Assembly: GCF_006345805.1 (NCBI RefSeq)
Contig: NC_042998.1
Span: 198,028,001 to 198,092,000 of the forward strand
Direction of reading: 5' to 3'
Source of the DNA: Octopus sinensis
Lineage: Eukaryota
Length of the DNA: 64,000 nt
Part shown: positions 23,294 to 36,140 of the stretch, one piece after another
How positions within the stretch are numbered: position 1 is the first letter of the stretch
Layout of the letters: the number at the start of each line of letters is the position of its first letter
The notes under the pieces: generated by a model
Database searches by the model: none
The model's input: only the letters and a program-made list of their open reading frames with translations
What the model was told of the DNA's origin: nothing
Position numbers and translations under genes: made by a program

Positions 23294-24589
23294 TTTCAGT
23301 GTTTCTTGGAGTTTTCAGATGTATTTTATCCTTTTACTGTACTCAATGTCCTTGGTTCTTTGTGGCCAATAAAAGAAATTAAGGACAAAATTCCTTGCAG
23401 CAGTAATTAATTCTTCCAGCTCTTTACATTCTGAGTTAAAATCCCACAGAGGCAAACTTTGCTTCCAATACTCCAAGGATCAATAAAAAAGTACCTGTTA
23501 ATTTAATGAATTTATTCTTCCTGACAAATTGCTTGCTGCTGCTGCTGCTGTTGTTGTTGTTGTTAAGCAACAAGACGGGTAAGGGTGATTAGGTGATGGT
23601 CTAGGGCTTAGGGGCAGGAGACTCCAGACCTTGGGAAAAAAAATCTTTGATCATCTTGTTGTAGTCGAGGGCTCTTCGTTGACGCCCGACACCACTAGGA
23701 GGTGGCCCACGAAGTCGCTGGAAATGGAAATCTCTAGGTCCAAATTCTTGAACGGCTGCTGCTGCTGCTACTACTACTACTACACTACTTCTACTGGGTT
23801 TCTTATATTCTATACCTGCTAATATAAGTTCTTTCTGTCATTTAGAATGTTCAGCAACATTCGTCACTTTTCTTACTTCTGTTGTTACTAAAGCCAATGC
23901 TTGCGTCTATTTGTCATCATTGTATTTCTACACAAGGACACTAAATTGAATTCACAAGAATTAAAATGGTATCCAATTTCAAAACAAACAACTACTACAC
24001 TTCCATCTATAGCCAGTTTAACATAGTAATTTCTAACAGTATGATACATGCAAATATCTTGTTAGCAAGTGAATAATTTCAGTAAAATGAGAGAAAAAAA
24101 AAAAGAAGTTTTCTTTCTTTGTTCGTAGATACATTGAAGAACTTTGCTGAAAACTATCAATTTTCTGTTATTTATTAAAGCCATTTTACAACATGGTGAG
24201 ACATTATCTAAATTGAGCTGAGTTTGTCTCTAATAGAAACAAGAAAACTTAAGTGAAATGGAATGTTAGTAAAATAAATGAGAATATGTCAGAAAGGATA
24301 TACAATATATTGCGGTTGATGTATTAGCTACTTAGACTATGGACGTGGAGGAGGGACCTATGAAGGGCATCACATAAAACGGAACTCCTGTCAAGCTAAT
24401 ATTGATAATCCTTGCGGATTGTCAATCGAACAGCCACACATAAAGCAAATCTTCCATTTGCTCCAAAATTATTTATGTCTATGCATTTATTTACATCTCC
24501 TTCTAATATACATACATACATACATACATAAAAATCAATCCTACACACACAAGCATACTACGAAGCAAAAATATACACATACACATTAG

Positions 24590-24703
24590 CCTATATATAT
24601 ATATATATTTTATATATATTATATATATATATTTATATATATATATTATATAATTTATATATATATTTATATATATATATATTTATATTTGTATATATAT
24701 TTA

Positions 24704-24736
<33 letters not shown>

Positions 24737-24937
24737 ATATTTATATCTATATATATTTATATATATTTATTTATTTATTTATATATATATATATTTATAT
24801 ATATATATATTTATATGTATATTTATATATATATATTTATATATTATATATATTTATATTTATATATATATTTATATGTATATATTTATTTATTTATATA
24901 TATATATATTTATATATATATTTATATATATATATAT

Positions 24938-25008
<71 letters not shown>

Positions 25009-25010
25009 GA
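24590..25010. repeat. Degenerate (TA)n tract
   Basis: Direct reading. Confidence 0.95.
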
Positions 25011-25098
25011 CAATGATTGGATTGAATACATAAATAATATATAAATACTAACATATAGTGTATGCATGTGTGTGAGCCTGAATGCATATCTCACTTGC

Positions 25099-25139
<41 letters not shown>

Positions 25140-25586
25140 CTCTCTCTCTCTCTCTCTCTCTCTTTACACACACACACACATATATAATGTAGATATATAA
25201 AAACCCATCCTCACACATGAATACAAACAAAAGCAGGAGATGAAGTTGCTACACATGAAAAGCATTTTTACAGTTACAAACAAGAACAACATCACGTACA
25301 AATCACATTAGGGACGACAACATGTACGAGAAAAAAAAATGTTATGAACAATAACAACACCATCACACCAAAACAAACACATATAGAGAAAAGGAGAGAG
25401 AGAGGAGTGTAGAGAGGGAGGGAGGGGGAGGGGGAGAGATGCAGAGTTGGTAGAGTGACAGCTATTAATAGGGAATATCAAACAAGGTGGAATTATATTA
25501 ATTACTAGAAATGTAAACAATGACACACACACACACACACATGCAGACACATACTCTCTCTTTCTCTCTCTCTCTCGGGCACACAT

Positions 25587-25620
<34 letters not shown>

Positions 25621-25712
25621 ATGCATGCATGCACATATGTGCTTATGGAAGGGGTAAAATGCTGATCTACAAGTAGTGATTTTAAGAAGAATTATATGAT
25701 TTTTTTAATACC

Positions 25713-25945
25713 TGTTTCTTTATTACCCACAAGGTGCTAAACATAGAGGGGTCAAACAAGGACAGACAAATGGATTAAGTTGATTACATCAACCCCAGTG
25801 CATAACTGGTACTTAAGTTATTGACCCCGAAAGGATGAAAGGCAAAGTCGACCTAGGCGGAATTTGAACTCAGAACGTAGCAGCAGATGAAATACCGCTA
25901 AGCATTTCGCCCGGCACGCTAACGTGTCTGCCAGCTTGCTGCCTT
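25713..25945 (-). mobile_element. SINE-D monomer
   Basis: Reverse complement of 22240 unit. Confidence 0.8.
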
Positions 25946-26099
25946 TTTTTAATACCATCTCCAAGTCTAGAAGAGGAATTGGACTCGATACATGTAAATT
26001 TTATAGTGTTGTCATGCTACTACCTGTAACAACAGGTTGTTCTAACCCTGGGTATCTGCTTTAAATATTTAGTACGCAATATGAGGAGGGATACATGCA

Positions 26100-26490
26100 T
26101 GCATGTATTAGGCAAGCGAGAATCAGAATCAAAATTGAAATCGATCAACATCAATGGAAATTGTAGCTGTGATACCAGTGCCGGTGGCACGTAAGCGAAC
26201 CATCCAAACGTGGCCGTTGCCAGCCCCACCTGGCCCCTGTGCTGGTGGCACGTAAAAAGCACCATCCGATCGTGGCCGCTGCCAGCCCCGTCTGGCACCT
26301 GTGCCGCTGGCACGTAAAAAGCACCCACTACACTCATGGAGTGGTTGGTGTTAGGAAGAGCATCCAGCTGTAGAAACACTGCCAGATCAGACTGGGCCTG
26401 GTGCAGCCTTCTGGCCTCCCAGACCCCAGTTGAACCGTCCAACCCATGCTAGCATGGAAAACGGACGCTAAATGATGATGATGATGATGA
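26100..26490 (+). mobile_element. RTE 3' UTR copy
   Basis: Includes upstream linker AACATCAATGGAAATTG shared with ~6685-6700. Confidence 0.85.
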
Positions 26491-26924
26491 TCCAGTACAA
26501 CATGATTGCTTCATTTCTTTCCAGCCTTCACACATGTGTCACATTCCCCACCCATGTTTCTTTACCATGCAGCATTACACTTCATACACAAGCATCATAC
26601 AATCTGTCATTCATTTGGAGAGAGATTCCTCTCTAGTTATCTGCAAAGGTAACAGCCCCTTTAATTTTTTCCCATGTTTTTACCTTTGGTTACCATGCAA
26701 CTGAAACAACTTCCTTCACCGTTAATTAAGTCATCTAGTTAACAGAAGCTACCACCTACTTTGCCTTTTCATTTCATGTATTCTCTGTACTCCAGTATAT
26801 TTGTTATATATGAAATCTTCCTTCTCTGTCAGCTGTTGATCCCACAACACCTCTTGAGTAATTACACTAGGTTGAATTAAAAGTTTTTTTCAGATTTTCA
26901 CTGGTGAATTTTTGGCAACTTATA

Positions 26925-27150
26925 AATCCGCTGGCAGAAACGTTAGCATGCTGGGCGAAATGCATAACCGTATTTCGTCTGCCGCTACGTTCTGGGTTCA
27001 AATCCCGCCGAGGTCGACTTTGCCTTTCATCCTTTTGGGGTTGATAAATTAAGTACCAGTTACGCACTGGGGTCGATGTAATCGACTTAATCTGTTTGTC
27101 CGTCCTTGTTTATCCCCTCTATGTTTAGCCCCCTGTGGGCAGTAAAGAAA
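26925..27150 (+). mobile_element. SINE-D monomer
   Basis: Head and body match 22240. Confidence 0.8.
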
Positions 27151-27279
27151 TATATACCATTAACTAGTTACAGTTTGTTGTCCATTTGTTGCTGAGTTGC
27201 TTATTCTTCATTTTCATATATAAAGCATGAAGACATTAATTGTTGATTCTTTATTTTACAGCTTTGATTATAATTGATG

Positions 27280-28440
27280 AAAAAAACTGCAATTAGGGCC
27301 ATTTTATGCTCCCTGTGGGAAAAAGGGACTGAGTGCAAGGGTAGCAAAAGAAGTTAATGATGTGGAAAGGGCCAAGTATTGTCAACAAATGTGTGACACT
27401 AAAACTAGTTCAGATATTTCAAGGAAGGTGTCACCAGCCTCAAAGACAAACCAAGGTCAAGAACACCTTCTATTGTGGAAGATGCAGCCGTACATGAAAT
27501 GGTTGAACATCAGCCAAGCACAAGCTTTCATAAACTTAATAAGAAAAATCAGTGGCATCATTCCAGACAATTTTCAGAACTTGTAGTCAAACAAGAGCAG
27601 TTTGGACAGAAGATTATGTTGTATGTTTGGTGGAATTTCAAGGTGGTGTTGCACTTTGAGCTTGGCGCAAATGGTCATGCTGTGAAATCTAACCTTTATG
27701 CTCAACAACTGCAGTAGTGGAGGCGCAATGGTTAGGGCAGCGGATTCGCGGTCGGAGGATCGCAGTTACGATTCCCATACCGGGCATTGTGTGTGTTTAT
27801 TGAGCAAGGCTCCCGGAGGCTCTGGCAGGGGGTGGTGGCGACCCCTGTTGTACTCTTTCGCTCCAACTTTCTCTCACTCTTTCTTCCTGTTTCTTGTCTC
27901 CAACTTCCTACGCAACCGCTGAGCCTGGATGCGCATTCATCCATCCGTCAATGCTCTCGGTGTTGGGGGTTGACCTGCTTTCTCTTCTGCGGGTCTTACA
28001 AATAGCAAAGGACCGCATTTCGGACTTCTCCCATCTTGCGAGCTCTGGGACGAAGACCATTCGCTCAACAACAACAGCAACTGCAGCAGCATGTGTTGCT
28101 TTCAAAGCCTGCTACCTGGCATTGGTCAATCGACAATGTGCACTCCTACAACATGACAATGCCCCAGCACACACTACCAGTGTGACCAAGTATAAACTTG
28201 GGGGCTGGAAGTGTTGCCTTACCCTGCCTGCAGTCCACACCTTGCACAATCAGATTACCATTTTTCTGAGCGTTGGCTTGTTTCCTGCAGAGGTGGAAGT
28301 TCAACAATGTGGATGAGGTTGAAAATGGGTGAAGGGAGTTTTTGCTTGCCCCTAAACCAGCCAAAGAATGTGAGCATGGAATTGACCTTCGGGCACATCA
28401 ATGGCAACAGACAATAGAATATGATAGGATATATTTTGAT
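27280..28440 (+). pseudogene. Degraded mariner transposase interrupted by a SINE
   Basis: Fragments FKEGVTSLKDKPRS, KIMLYVWWNFKVVLHFE, LQHDNAPAH, PACSPHLAQSDYHF. Confidence 0.75.
27718..28076 (+). mobile_element. tRNA-derived SINE-E head with alternative tail
   Basis: GGAGGCGCAATGG head; TSD CAACTGCAG(T/C)AG; (CAA)n end. Confidence 0.75.
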
Positions 28441-28656
28441 GAATAAAGGCTTTTTTGTATGTAATTTGTTTCAATTACTAATTAAAGCTTGAAATATGAA
28501 AAAAACCTTTGACTCAACCTTTAGTACACTATGGAATTTCTAATTAATCCTTTTTTATATATCTAGCAAGGTCGCTTCAGAGATGGCAGTAAAATCCTGC
28601 ATTATTTCTTGCTAACAAAAATGTTCGTCTTTTTCTCCAGTCTACACTTTATTCCT

Positions 28657-29040
28657 GTGGAGGCGCAATGGCCCAGTGGTTAGGGCAGCAGACTCGCGGT
28701 CGTAGGATCGCAGTTTCGATTCCCAGACCGGGCGTTGTGAGTGTTTATTGAGCGAAAACACCTAAAAGCTCCACAAGGCTCCGGCAGGGATGGTGGTGAT
28801 CCCTGCCGTACTCTTTCACCACAACTTTCTCTCACTCTTACTTCCTGTTTCTGTTGTACCTGTATTTCAAAGGGCCGGCCTTGTCACTCTCTGTGTCACG
28901 CTGAATATCCCCGAGAACTACGTTAAGGGTACACGTGTCTGTGGAGTGCTCAGCCACTTACACGTTAATTTCACGAGCAGGCTGTTCCGTTGATTTGGAT
29001 CAACCAGAATCCTCGTCGTCGTAACCGACGGAGTGCTTCC
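28657..29040 (+). mobile_element. tRNA-derived SINE-E with 13-bp TSD
   Basis: ACACTTTATTCCT at 28644-28656 and 29041-29053. Confidence 0.88.
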
Positions 29041-29578
29041 ACACTTTATTCCTACATTTGGAATTTCTCTTCTCTAAAGCTTTAAAAAATTCGGAAGGAT
29101 TCGGTCAGCCACCCAGACATGAACTGTTATGGCTTCAAGAATAATAATAAATGGAAGGGAGCTAAGATCTGAACCCTGATGGACACCTGCCCACATGCTA
29201 AATTCCCGATTGCTTGTAAGCATATTGGAAGGACTTTTTCTGTTTTTGGACAAATGATTTAATCTGCTAATTCAACACTATCAGACAGCTATTTCATGCT
29301 ATTAGCACTATATTGTATGGATAGCCTGAGAATAATTTCCTCTGTCCTTCTTACCATCAGTTAAGCCCTAAAAAAGGTTCATGGGTGCTTTCCTGCTTCC
29401 TCTGATTAACCCCTTAAAAGCCACAATAGATAAATTGGTATCTGTTTAGGGAAGTGTTTTTGTAGACATTAAATATATGTAAAAATCAGAATCTGAATAA
29501 ACCAGAGATAGTCTGTAGCCGTAGGACTAAAGATGGTCTGTAATAGTAAAACTAATAATTGTCAGAGTTAGCTAAACT

Positions 29579-29811
29579 AGGCGGTGAGCTGGCAGAACCA
29601 TTAGCACGCCGGGCGAAATGCTTAGCAGTATTTCGTCTGCCACTACATTCTGAGTTCAAATTCCGCTGAGGTTGACTTTGCCTTTCATCCTTTCGGGGTC
29701 GATAAATTAAGTACCAGTTACGCACTGGAGTCGATGTAATCAACTTGATCCATTTGTCTGTCCTTGTTTGTCCCCTCTCTGTTTAGCCCCTTGCGGGCAA
29801 TAAAGAAATAA
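29579..29811 (+). mobile_element. SINE-D monomer
   Basis: Head and body match 22240; flanked by AGAGTTAGCTAAACTA repeat (likely TSD). Confidence 0.85.
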
Positions 29812-30681
29812 GAGTTAGCTAAACTAATGTAGTGGGGCTTCTGCTGAGTTTTGAACCACCTCACTCAGATCCCCAGTTTATGACCACAACAAGGTCAGCT
29901 ATGATAAATTAACTGTGTCACTGTAAAAGGCATTGTGAATGCTGTTCAATCAATCAGATCAGCTGGAGTTTAACCAAGAAGAAAACTTTCAAAATCTCTT
30001 TAAAGAATGAAGGAATTGTTAGAAAATAATTCTGCAAAGCAATCTTTTCTAAAACAGTTGTTCCTGTTAGGTTTACCACTGACTATTGATCAACTGACAG
30101 AATCAGGGGATGGGATTATTGGCTTTTCACTCCAAGCTTCCTCTTCTTCTTTTGTTTGCTTTATCTCTTTGGTGGCATTCTGTATGTTTACCAAGATGAG
30201 ATTCAGGCACTCACAGAAAAAAATGAATGTCTTGAGAAACTCCTTGTTTTTCTGTGTATTTGACTTTCCATTCCAGAAATCTGGCGCAAAACCACTCCGC
30301 TAGTTCTCGAAGATAAAAAAAATCCTACACAGGGTTGGAATCATTAGACTTGACAAGAATGCTTATTGTCGTATACAACCTTGTTTCTTTCAAAACTGCT
30401 TCTAAGCAACAGAAAAATGGAGACGCCAAGAATAAACAACAACTGCATCACGTAGCACTTGTACAGTAAGATGCTTATTTTACGTTTAAGATTTTTCTTT
30501 GAACTCTTGTTTGCTTTAGTGGATTCTGGTGCTGAGTACATACATAAATGTGAATATCACAATTGATAATGGGAACATAAATATTAATGTGGTCATTCTC
30601 ACTTTCAAATGTAGCCTACTTAGTATTGTGTACTGCCAATGACAAACTATTGACAAAAACCTTCTAAGCAAATAAACATAT

Positions 30682-31245
30682 GTCATCATCATCATCATCG
30701 TCGTTTAACGTCCGCTTTCCATGCTAGCATGGGTTGGATGGTTCGACCGGGGTCTGGGAAGCCAGGAGGCTCCACCAGGCACCAGTCTGATATGGCAGTG
30801 TTTCTACAGCTGGATGCCCTTCCTAAGGCCAACCATTCCGTGAGTGTAGTGGGTGTTTTTTATGTGCCACCAGCACAGGTGCCAGGCGAGGCTGGTAACG
30901 GCCACGATCGGTTGGTGCTTTTTACATGCCACTGGCACGGAAGCCAGTCAAGGTGGCACTGGCATCGGCCACATTCAGATGGTGCTTTTTACGTGCCACC
31001 GGCACAGAAGCCGGTCAAGGCGGTGCTGGCATCAGCCACGTACAGATGGTGCTTTTTACGTGCCACTGGCACAGGTGCCAGGGGAGGCTGGCAATGGCCA
31101 CGATCGGTTGGTGCTTTTTACGTGCCACCGGCACGGAAGCCAGTCAAGGCGGCGCTGGCAACGGCCACGTTTGGATGGATCTTTTTACGTGCCACCGGCA
31201 CTGGTGTCACAACTACAATTTCCATTGATTTTTGATCGATTTCGA
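30682..31245 (-). mobile_element. RTE 3' UTR copy with 6 cores and 5 spacers
   Basis: Core TGGTGCTTTTTACGTGCCACCGGCAC; spacer order A,B,B,A,B on the plus strand. Confidence 0.88.
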
Positions 31246-31649
31246 TAATGGCCCATGTCAGCTAAACAAATGACAGACTGTGTGAGCAAAATTGATAATG
31301 GTTTGGTGTTACCAAAACTGATGATGGTGATCTGTGTTGGCTAAACTAATGAAGGTGTGTCGGAAAAACTGGTGATGATGGTCTATGCCAACAAACTAGG
31401 GATAAAGATGTTTGTCAGCTAAACTAATTATGGTCTGTGTCACCAAAGGAGATGATGATAGAAACAATTGCAGGTCTATGCCAGCAAAATTTAAACAACA
31501 AAGTCTGATAATTTGGATAAGTTTATATGATGTGAAGATGGAGAGGAATCTGTTTCTTGGCTGTCTTGAAACAACGGATTCCTCATTATGTCGGTTTTCA
31601 TTGATCAGCATTTCAACTTCACCTGCAATTTTGGTATTTACCAGTAATA

Positions 31650-32290
31650 ATACTTGAGAGAGAGAGAGAGGACAGACAGACAGACAGACAGACTTTCAAA
31701 GAGGGAGAGAGAAGAAGGAATAAGAGAGATGGCATGGTGGAGAGAAAATAAAGAAGAGAAGTAGAATGGAAAGAGAATAGAAAGAGGGAGAGTTATAAGG
31801 GGAGAGTGAGAGAAAAGAAAGAGGAAGAGAGATAGGGGGAGAGTGAGAAAAAAGAAAGAGGAAGAGATATAGGGGGAGAGTGAGAAAAAAGAAAGAGGAA
31901 GAGAGATAGGGGGAGAGTGAGAAAAAAGAAAGAGGAAGAGAGAGAGGGGAGAGGGAGAAAAAAGAAAGAGGAAGAGAGATAGGGGGAGAGTGAGAAAAAA
32001 GAAAGAGGAAGAGAGATAGGGGGAGAGTGAGAAAAAAGAAAGAGGAAGAGATAGGGGGAGAGGGAGAAAAAAGAAAGAGGAAGAGAGATGGAGTGGTGAG
32101 AGCAAAAAGAAAGAGGGAGAGAGGAACAAAGACAGAAAAGGTAGAGTCAGAGAAAAAGGGAAAGACGAGAGAATGCAGAGAGAGTGATAGAAAAGAAAGA
32201 GGAAGAGAGACATGGAAGTGAGAGAGAGAGGGAGAGAGATGAGAAAAATATTTGGAGAGAGAAATAAAAGAAAGTAAAAAAAAAAGAAGT
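31650..32290. repeat. Purine-rich minisatellite (~37-bp unit)
   Basis: GAGTGAGAAAAAAGAAAGAGGAAGAGAGATAGGGGGA repeated ~7 times within an AG-rich tract. Confidence 0.9.
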
Positions 32291-32308
32291 CTCAGCCGCA
32301 GCACTTAC

Positions 32309-32473
32309 TTTTCAAGTGCAATCATTTGTTGCTTCTGGTGTTGATAGTGGTACATTTGTGCACTCTGTGCAAGCTTGCGGTCTCCAGGGGAAGGTAGACG
32401 TTCTTTGTTGGGCCCAGTCACACCATAGGCTGGGTAATCAACGCCTGAACTGGCTTTCACATTGGCCTGTAAC
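32309..32473 (-). CDS. NPDC1: NPDC1/CAB-1 homologue, internal coding exon (165 nt, phase 2 to 2)
   Basis: ctcttttCAG acceptor, GTAAGT donor; encodes LQANVKASSGVDYPAYGVTGPNKERLPSPGDRKLAQSAQMYHYQHQKQQMIALEK; splices in frame (AA|A) to 3279. Confidence 0.95.
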
Positions 32474-32534
32474 CTGAAAAGAGACAGGAAAAACTCACTA
32501 TAAAGTTCATGGCAACAGCATTACAGGGCAGGGT

Positions 32535-32915
32535 TACTCTACTCTTTTACTTGTTTCAGTCATTTGACTGCGGCCATGCTGGAGCACTGCCTTTAATCGA
32601 GCAACTCGACCCCGGGACTTATTCTTTTGTAAGCCCAGTACTTATTCTATTGGTCTCTTTTGCCAAACCGCTAAGTGACGGAGACGTAAACACACCAGCA
32701 TCGGTTGTCAAGCGATGCTAGGGGGACAAACACAGACATACAAACAAAAACTCACACATATATATACACGACAGGCTTCTTTCAGTTTCCGTCTACCAAA
32801 TCCACTCACAAGGCTTTGGTCGGCCCGAGGCTATAGTAGAAGACACTTGCCCAAGGTGCCACGCAGTGGGACTGAACCCGGAACCATGTGGTTGGTAAAC
32901 AAGCTACTTACCACT
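32535..32915 (-). mobile_element. SINE-C
   Basis: Matches 2089-2520. Confidence 0.85.
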
Positions 32916-33269
32916 GCAGGATAATGGCTTTTTTATGAAATGATTATAGTATGGGATGGTGCTGAAGATGTGATGTGAAATGGCAGTGGAGCTAGCAGAG
33001 CTTAGCACAGTTGGGACGCAGGGAGAATGAGGACAGAAGCATACAATAGGATGGTAATAATGTGAAATGCAAAAGGTATCATGGGATGTGGCTGTATTAG
33101 TATGTTAATATTTTAGGAAGAATATCTCAGTGTCCTACAAAGGCAGACAGATGAGGGATTGTATTGGAAATGGACACAGAGATATTCTGAAATGGAGAGA
33201 GATTTTATTTATGATGGTTATCTTTCTCTGCTCCAAGCTGTACCTTTACCTACACATAATATATATTTC

Positions 33270-33670
33270 TTTACTACCAACAAGGGGCTAAACATAGAGG
33301 GGACAAACAAGGACAAAGGGATTTAGTCGATTACATTGACCCCAGTGCAAAACTGGTACTTTATTTATCGACCCTGAAAGGATGAAAGGCAAAGTCGACC
33401 TCAGCGGAATTTGAACTCAGAATGTAACAACAGACGAAATACCTATTTCTTTACTACCCACAAGGGGCTAAACATAGAAGGGACAAACAAGGACAGACAA
33501 AGGGATGAAGTTGATTACATCGACCCCAGTGCGAAACGGGTACTTTATTTATCGACCCCGAAAGGATGAAAGGCAAAGTCGACCTCGGTGAAATTTGAAC
33601 TCAGAACATAACGACAGACGAAATACCGCTAAGCATTTTGCCCAGCGTGCTAACGATTCTGCCAGCTCAT
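33270..33670 (-). mobile_element. SINE-D with head plus 2 tandem bodies
   Basis: Junction GAAATACCTATTTCTTTAC at ~33436 is the reverse complement of the array junction. Confidence 0.85.
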
Positions 33671-33725
33671 CTACACATAATATAGAATGAGTAAAGCAGT
33701 TGTTAAAAATTGGTGTGAAGACGTG

Positions 33726-34157
33726 TGTAGTAACGCCATCTTTGAAATCTCTAGCATGCATGCGCAGGGTTGGAATCTTCCGGAAGGCCTGCCAGAAGTT
33801 CCTTCATGCGCATGTGCAAAAAACTAGCAGCAGCGAAATTCTCTTGTATCTCTCTCTTTTGACGCTAGCAGCTGAACGATACAGGCATGTCTCCAGTAGC
33901 TCTCTCAAGCTGTTACCTCGTGGCGCATCCCCGCTATGCTTGAATGGGCAGGATTGACTCACTCCACTTGACTACTGCCGATAAGCTCCTAGGTTGCCGA
34001 TTCGCCCGGATGAAGGAAATGTTTGTATTGCGAATCAAGGAATAAGTATTTATACTGTTGAAGTTAACGGAAAATCTTAACTCTTTCTTCAATTAATATT
34101 TGATGTAAAGGATGCAAGCAGCACCCATCCAGTGCAGGAATCTCTCATCCCGTTACA
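33726..34157. mobile_element. Probable solo LTR (432 bp)
   Basis: TGTAG...TTACA termini, 4-bp TSD CGTG/CATG (one CpG-type change), more GC-rich than flanks. Confidence 0.5.
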
Positions 34158-34287
34158 CATGCGTGTAGACAACAACAGGACTAATAAAAACACAATTTAT
34201 CTTCTGAAATTGATGTATATTGGTTGACAGAGCTGGTGATTTATCGTAATATTTCAATATTTAATTCTAATAGAGCAAATCTAAATA

Positions 34288-34847
34288 CATTGGGTTGTCC
34301 GGAAAGTTCGTGCCGATTTTTAAAGGAAAGAAACAGGTCAATAAATACTTGCCATTACATTTTTAATCAACCAAATATGAACCACTTTGTTGCACAATGC
34401 GTCTCCATCTTTCCTTTAACTTGAAAATACCCTCTTCCCAGAATTGAGGTGGTTTCAGTGCAAAGAATTCATCAAGGTATCTTTTTACGTCATCCAAGGA
34501 ATACCATTAAGACTATTTTGCAGAAACCTGAATAAGTGGAAATCCGAAGGAGCAATATTTGGTGAATATGAAGGGTGGGGTAACACATCCCAGCCGAGCT
34601 GCAACAATTTTTGTCTGGTTCTCAAAGCATCAATTGCCGAAAATGAACTTTCTTATCTTTGATTTTAAAGGGTTACAGAATTAACACAGGTTATAGGAAC
34701 ATAAACCTTTTTCCAAGAAAATATGGCTTAAACTGTGCTCTAAATGGAGATGTACTCAAATCCTATTTTATGGACTCAACCATATTCTAAAATAAGTCGA
34801 AAGGTAAGCTACTATAAATCGGCACAAACTTTCCGGACAACCCAATA
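34288..34847 (-). mobile_element. Internally deleted mariner element
   Basis: ~32-bp TIR (T/C)ATTGGGTTGTCCGGAAAGTT(C/T)GTGCCGATTT, TA TSD, C-terminal HPSYSPNIAPSDFHLF motif. Confidence 0.9.
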
Positions 34848-35040
34848 TATACCTTAGGTAGTATTGCACTAATTCTCTTTTTGAGATTATTTACAATGGC
34901 TAAATTTAGTAAAACTGAATATAGATACACTCTATTTGTCCATTTGACTGTGGCCATGCTGGAGCACTTATTCTTTGTAAGCCTAGTACTTATTCTATTG
35001 AGCATTGATTGTTGCATTAGGTGGTAACAATTCAAAGTGA

Positions 35041-35460
35041 ATTACTCCTTTGGAATCCCACCAGATAGAGAGAAGGACCTTTTTCCCATGAATTTCCCTT
35101 CTTGGTTGTGATTGAGCTTTTTCCCTTTTACCAAGCCACTGTTTACGACATTCAATATTTCAATAGAAGATCCATTTTTCATCACCAGTGACAAGTCTAT
35201 CCTAAAAGGGTGAAATGAGTTCGCAAGAATGGAGAGAAGAGCAGATGTCAACTCGGGATTTGCAGTTTGCTTTCGGACAATTCATGAAGCACCCATTTTC
35301 CAAGTTTGGGAACCTTTCAAAGTTGTTGAAGATTACGATGAACAGTTGTATGATTTGAACTAAGCTATATTGCCAATTCTTCAACTGATAATGCAGGATT
35401 TTCTTCAAGTAATGCCTCAAGGAGAACAGCAATTTTACTGAGCTTTATGCATCTTATCAA
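35041..35460 (-). pseudogene. mariner transposase fragment (first catalytic Asp)
   Basis: DRLVTGDEKWIFY and WWDSKGV motifs with stops/frameshift. Confidence 0.8.
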
Positions 35461-35859
35461 GTATAGTAAATCACCACATCTTGTGGTCCCGTGTCATCAT
35501 CATCATCATCATCATCATTTAACGTCCGCTTTCCATGCTAGCATGGGTTGGACGGTTCAACTGGGGTCTGAGGAGCCCAAAGGCTGCACCAGGCCAGTCA
35601 GATCTGGCAGTGTTTTTACAGCTGGATCTCCTCACTAAATATTCAAAGTAGGGTTTCGCATATGAAATGTAGTGAATTGAAAAACTTTGAATAACTGAGC
35701 TTCATACAATTTGGAAGCAAAACTTTCTTTTATGACAATTTAAAAATTTAAAAACAACAACTAAAGGAGATAATTCTAATAATATCAACCATTTAAAATT
35801 TTTGGAAAATAAAAACAATGTAGACTAGCTGATATTATTGGAGTCATCTCCGTTAATTG

Positions 35860-36140
35860 TCATCATCATCAACATTTAATGTCTGCTTTCCATGCTAGAT
35901 GGTTCGACTGGGGTCTGGGAAGCCAGAAGGCTGCACCAGGCTCCAGTCTGATCTGGCAGTGTTTCTACAGCTGGATGCCCTTCCTAACGCCAACCACTCT
36001 GTGAGTGTAGTGGGTGCTTTTTACGTGCCAGGCGAGGCTGGCAACGGCCACAATCGGATGGTGCTTTTTACGTGCCACCAGCATGGAGGCCAGTCAGGGT
36101 ACTGGTATCACAGCTACAAATTCCATTGATGTTGATCGAT
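35860..36140 (-). mobile_element. RTE 3' UTR copy (a shorter copy lies at 35494-35630)
   Basis: Family blocks. Confidence 0.8.

Noticed and set aside
24395-24435. 10-bp hairpin TTGATAATCC/GGATTGTCAA flanked by CTAATA and TCGAACAGC
   Set aside because: Could be a very decayed hammerhead, but both core halves are broken; unsupported without a consensus.
24689-25033. IYIY/HTHT/CVCV-type ORFs here and throughout the window
   Set aside because: Translations of dinucleotide microsatellites.
30007-30541. ORFs 30007-30303 (+) and 30344-30541 (-), the latter with a hydrophobic stretch
   Set aside because: No recognisable motif or splice context; short enough to be chance or decayed TE.
30845-31205. 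CRISPR-like array (26-nt repeat, 35-41-nt spacers); also at 6325-6665, 11030-11390 and 44200-44530
   Set aside because: Spacers are recurring related types, there are no cas genes, the context is eukaryotic, and the array is part of a LINE 3' UTR.
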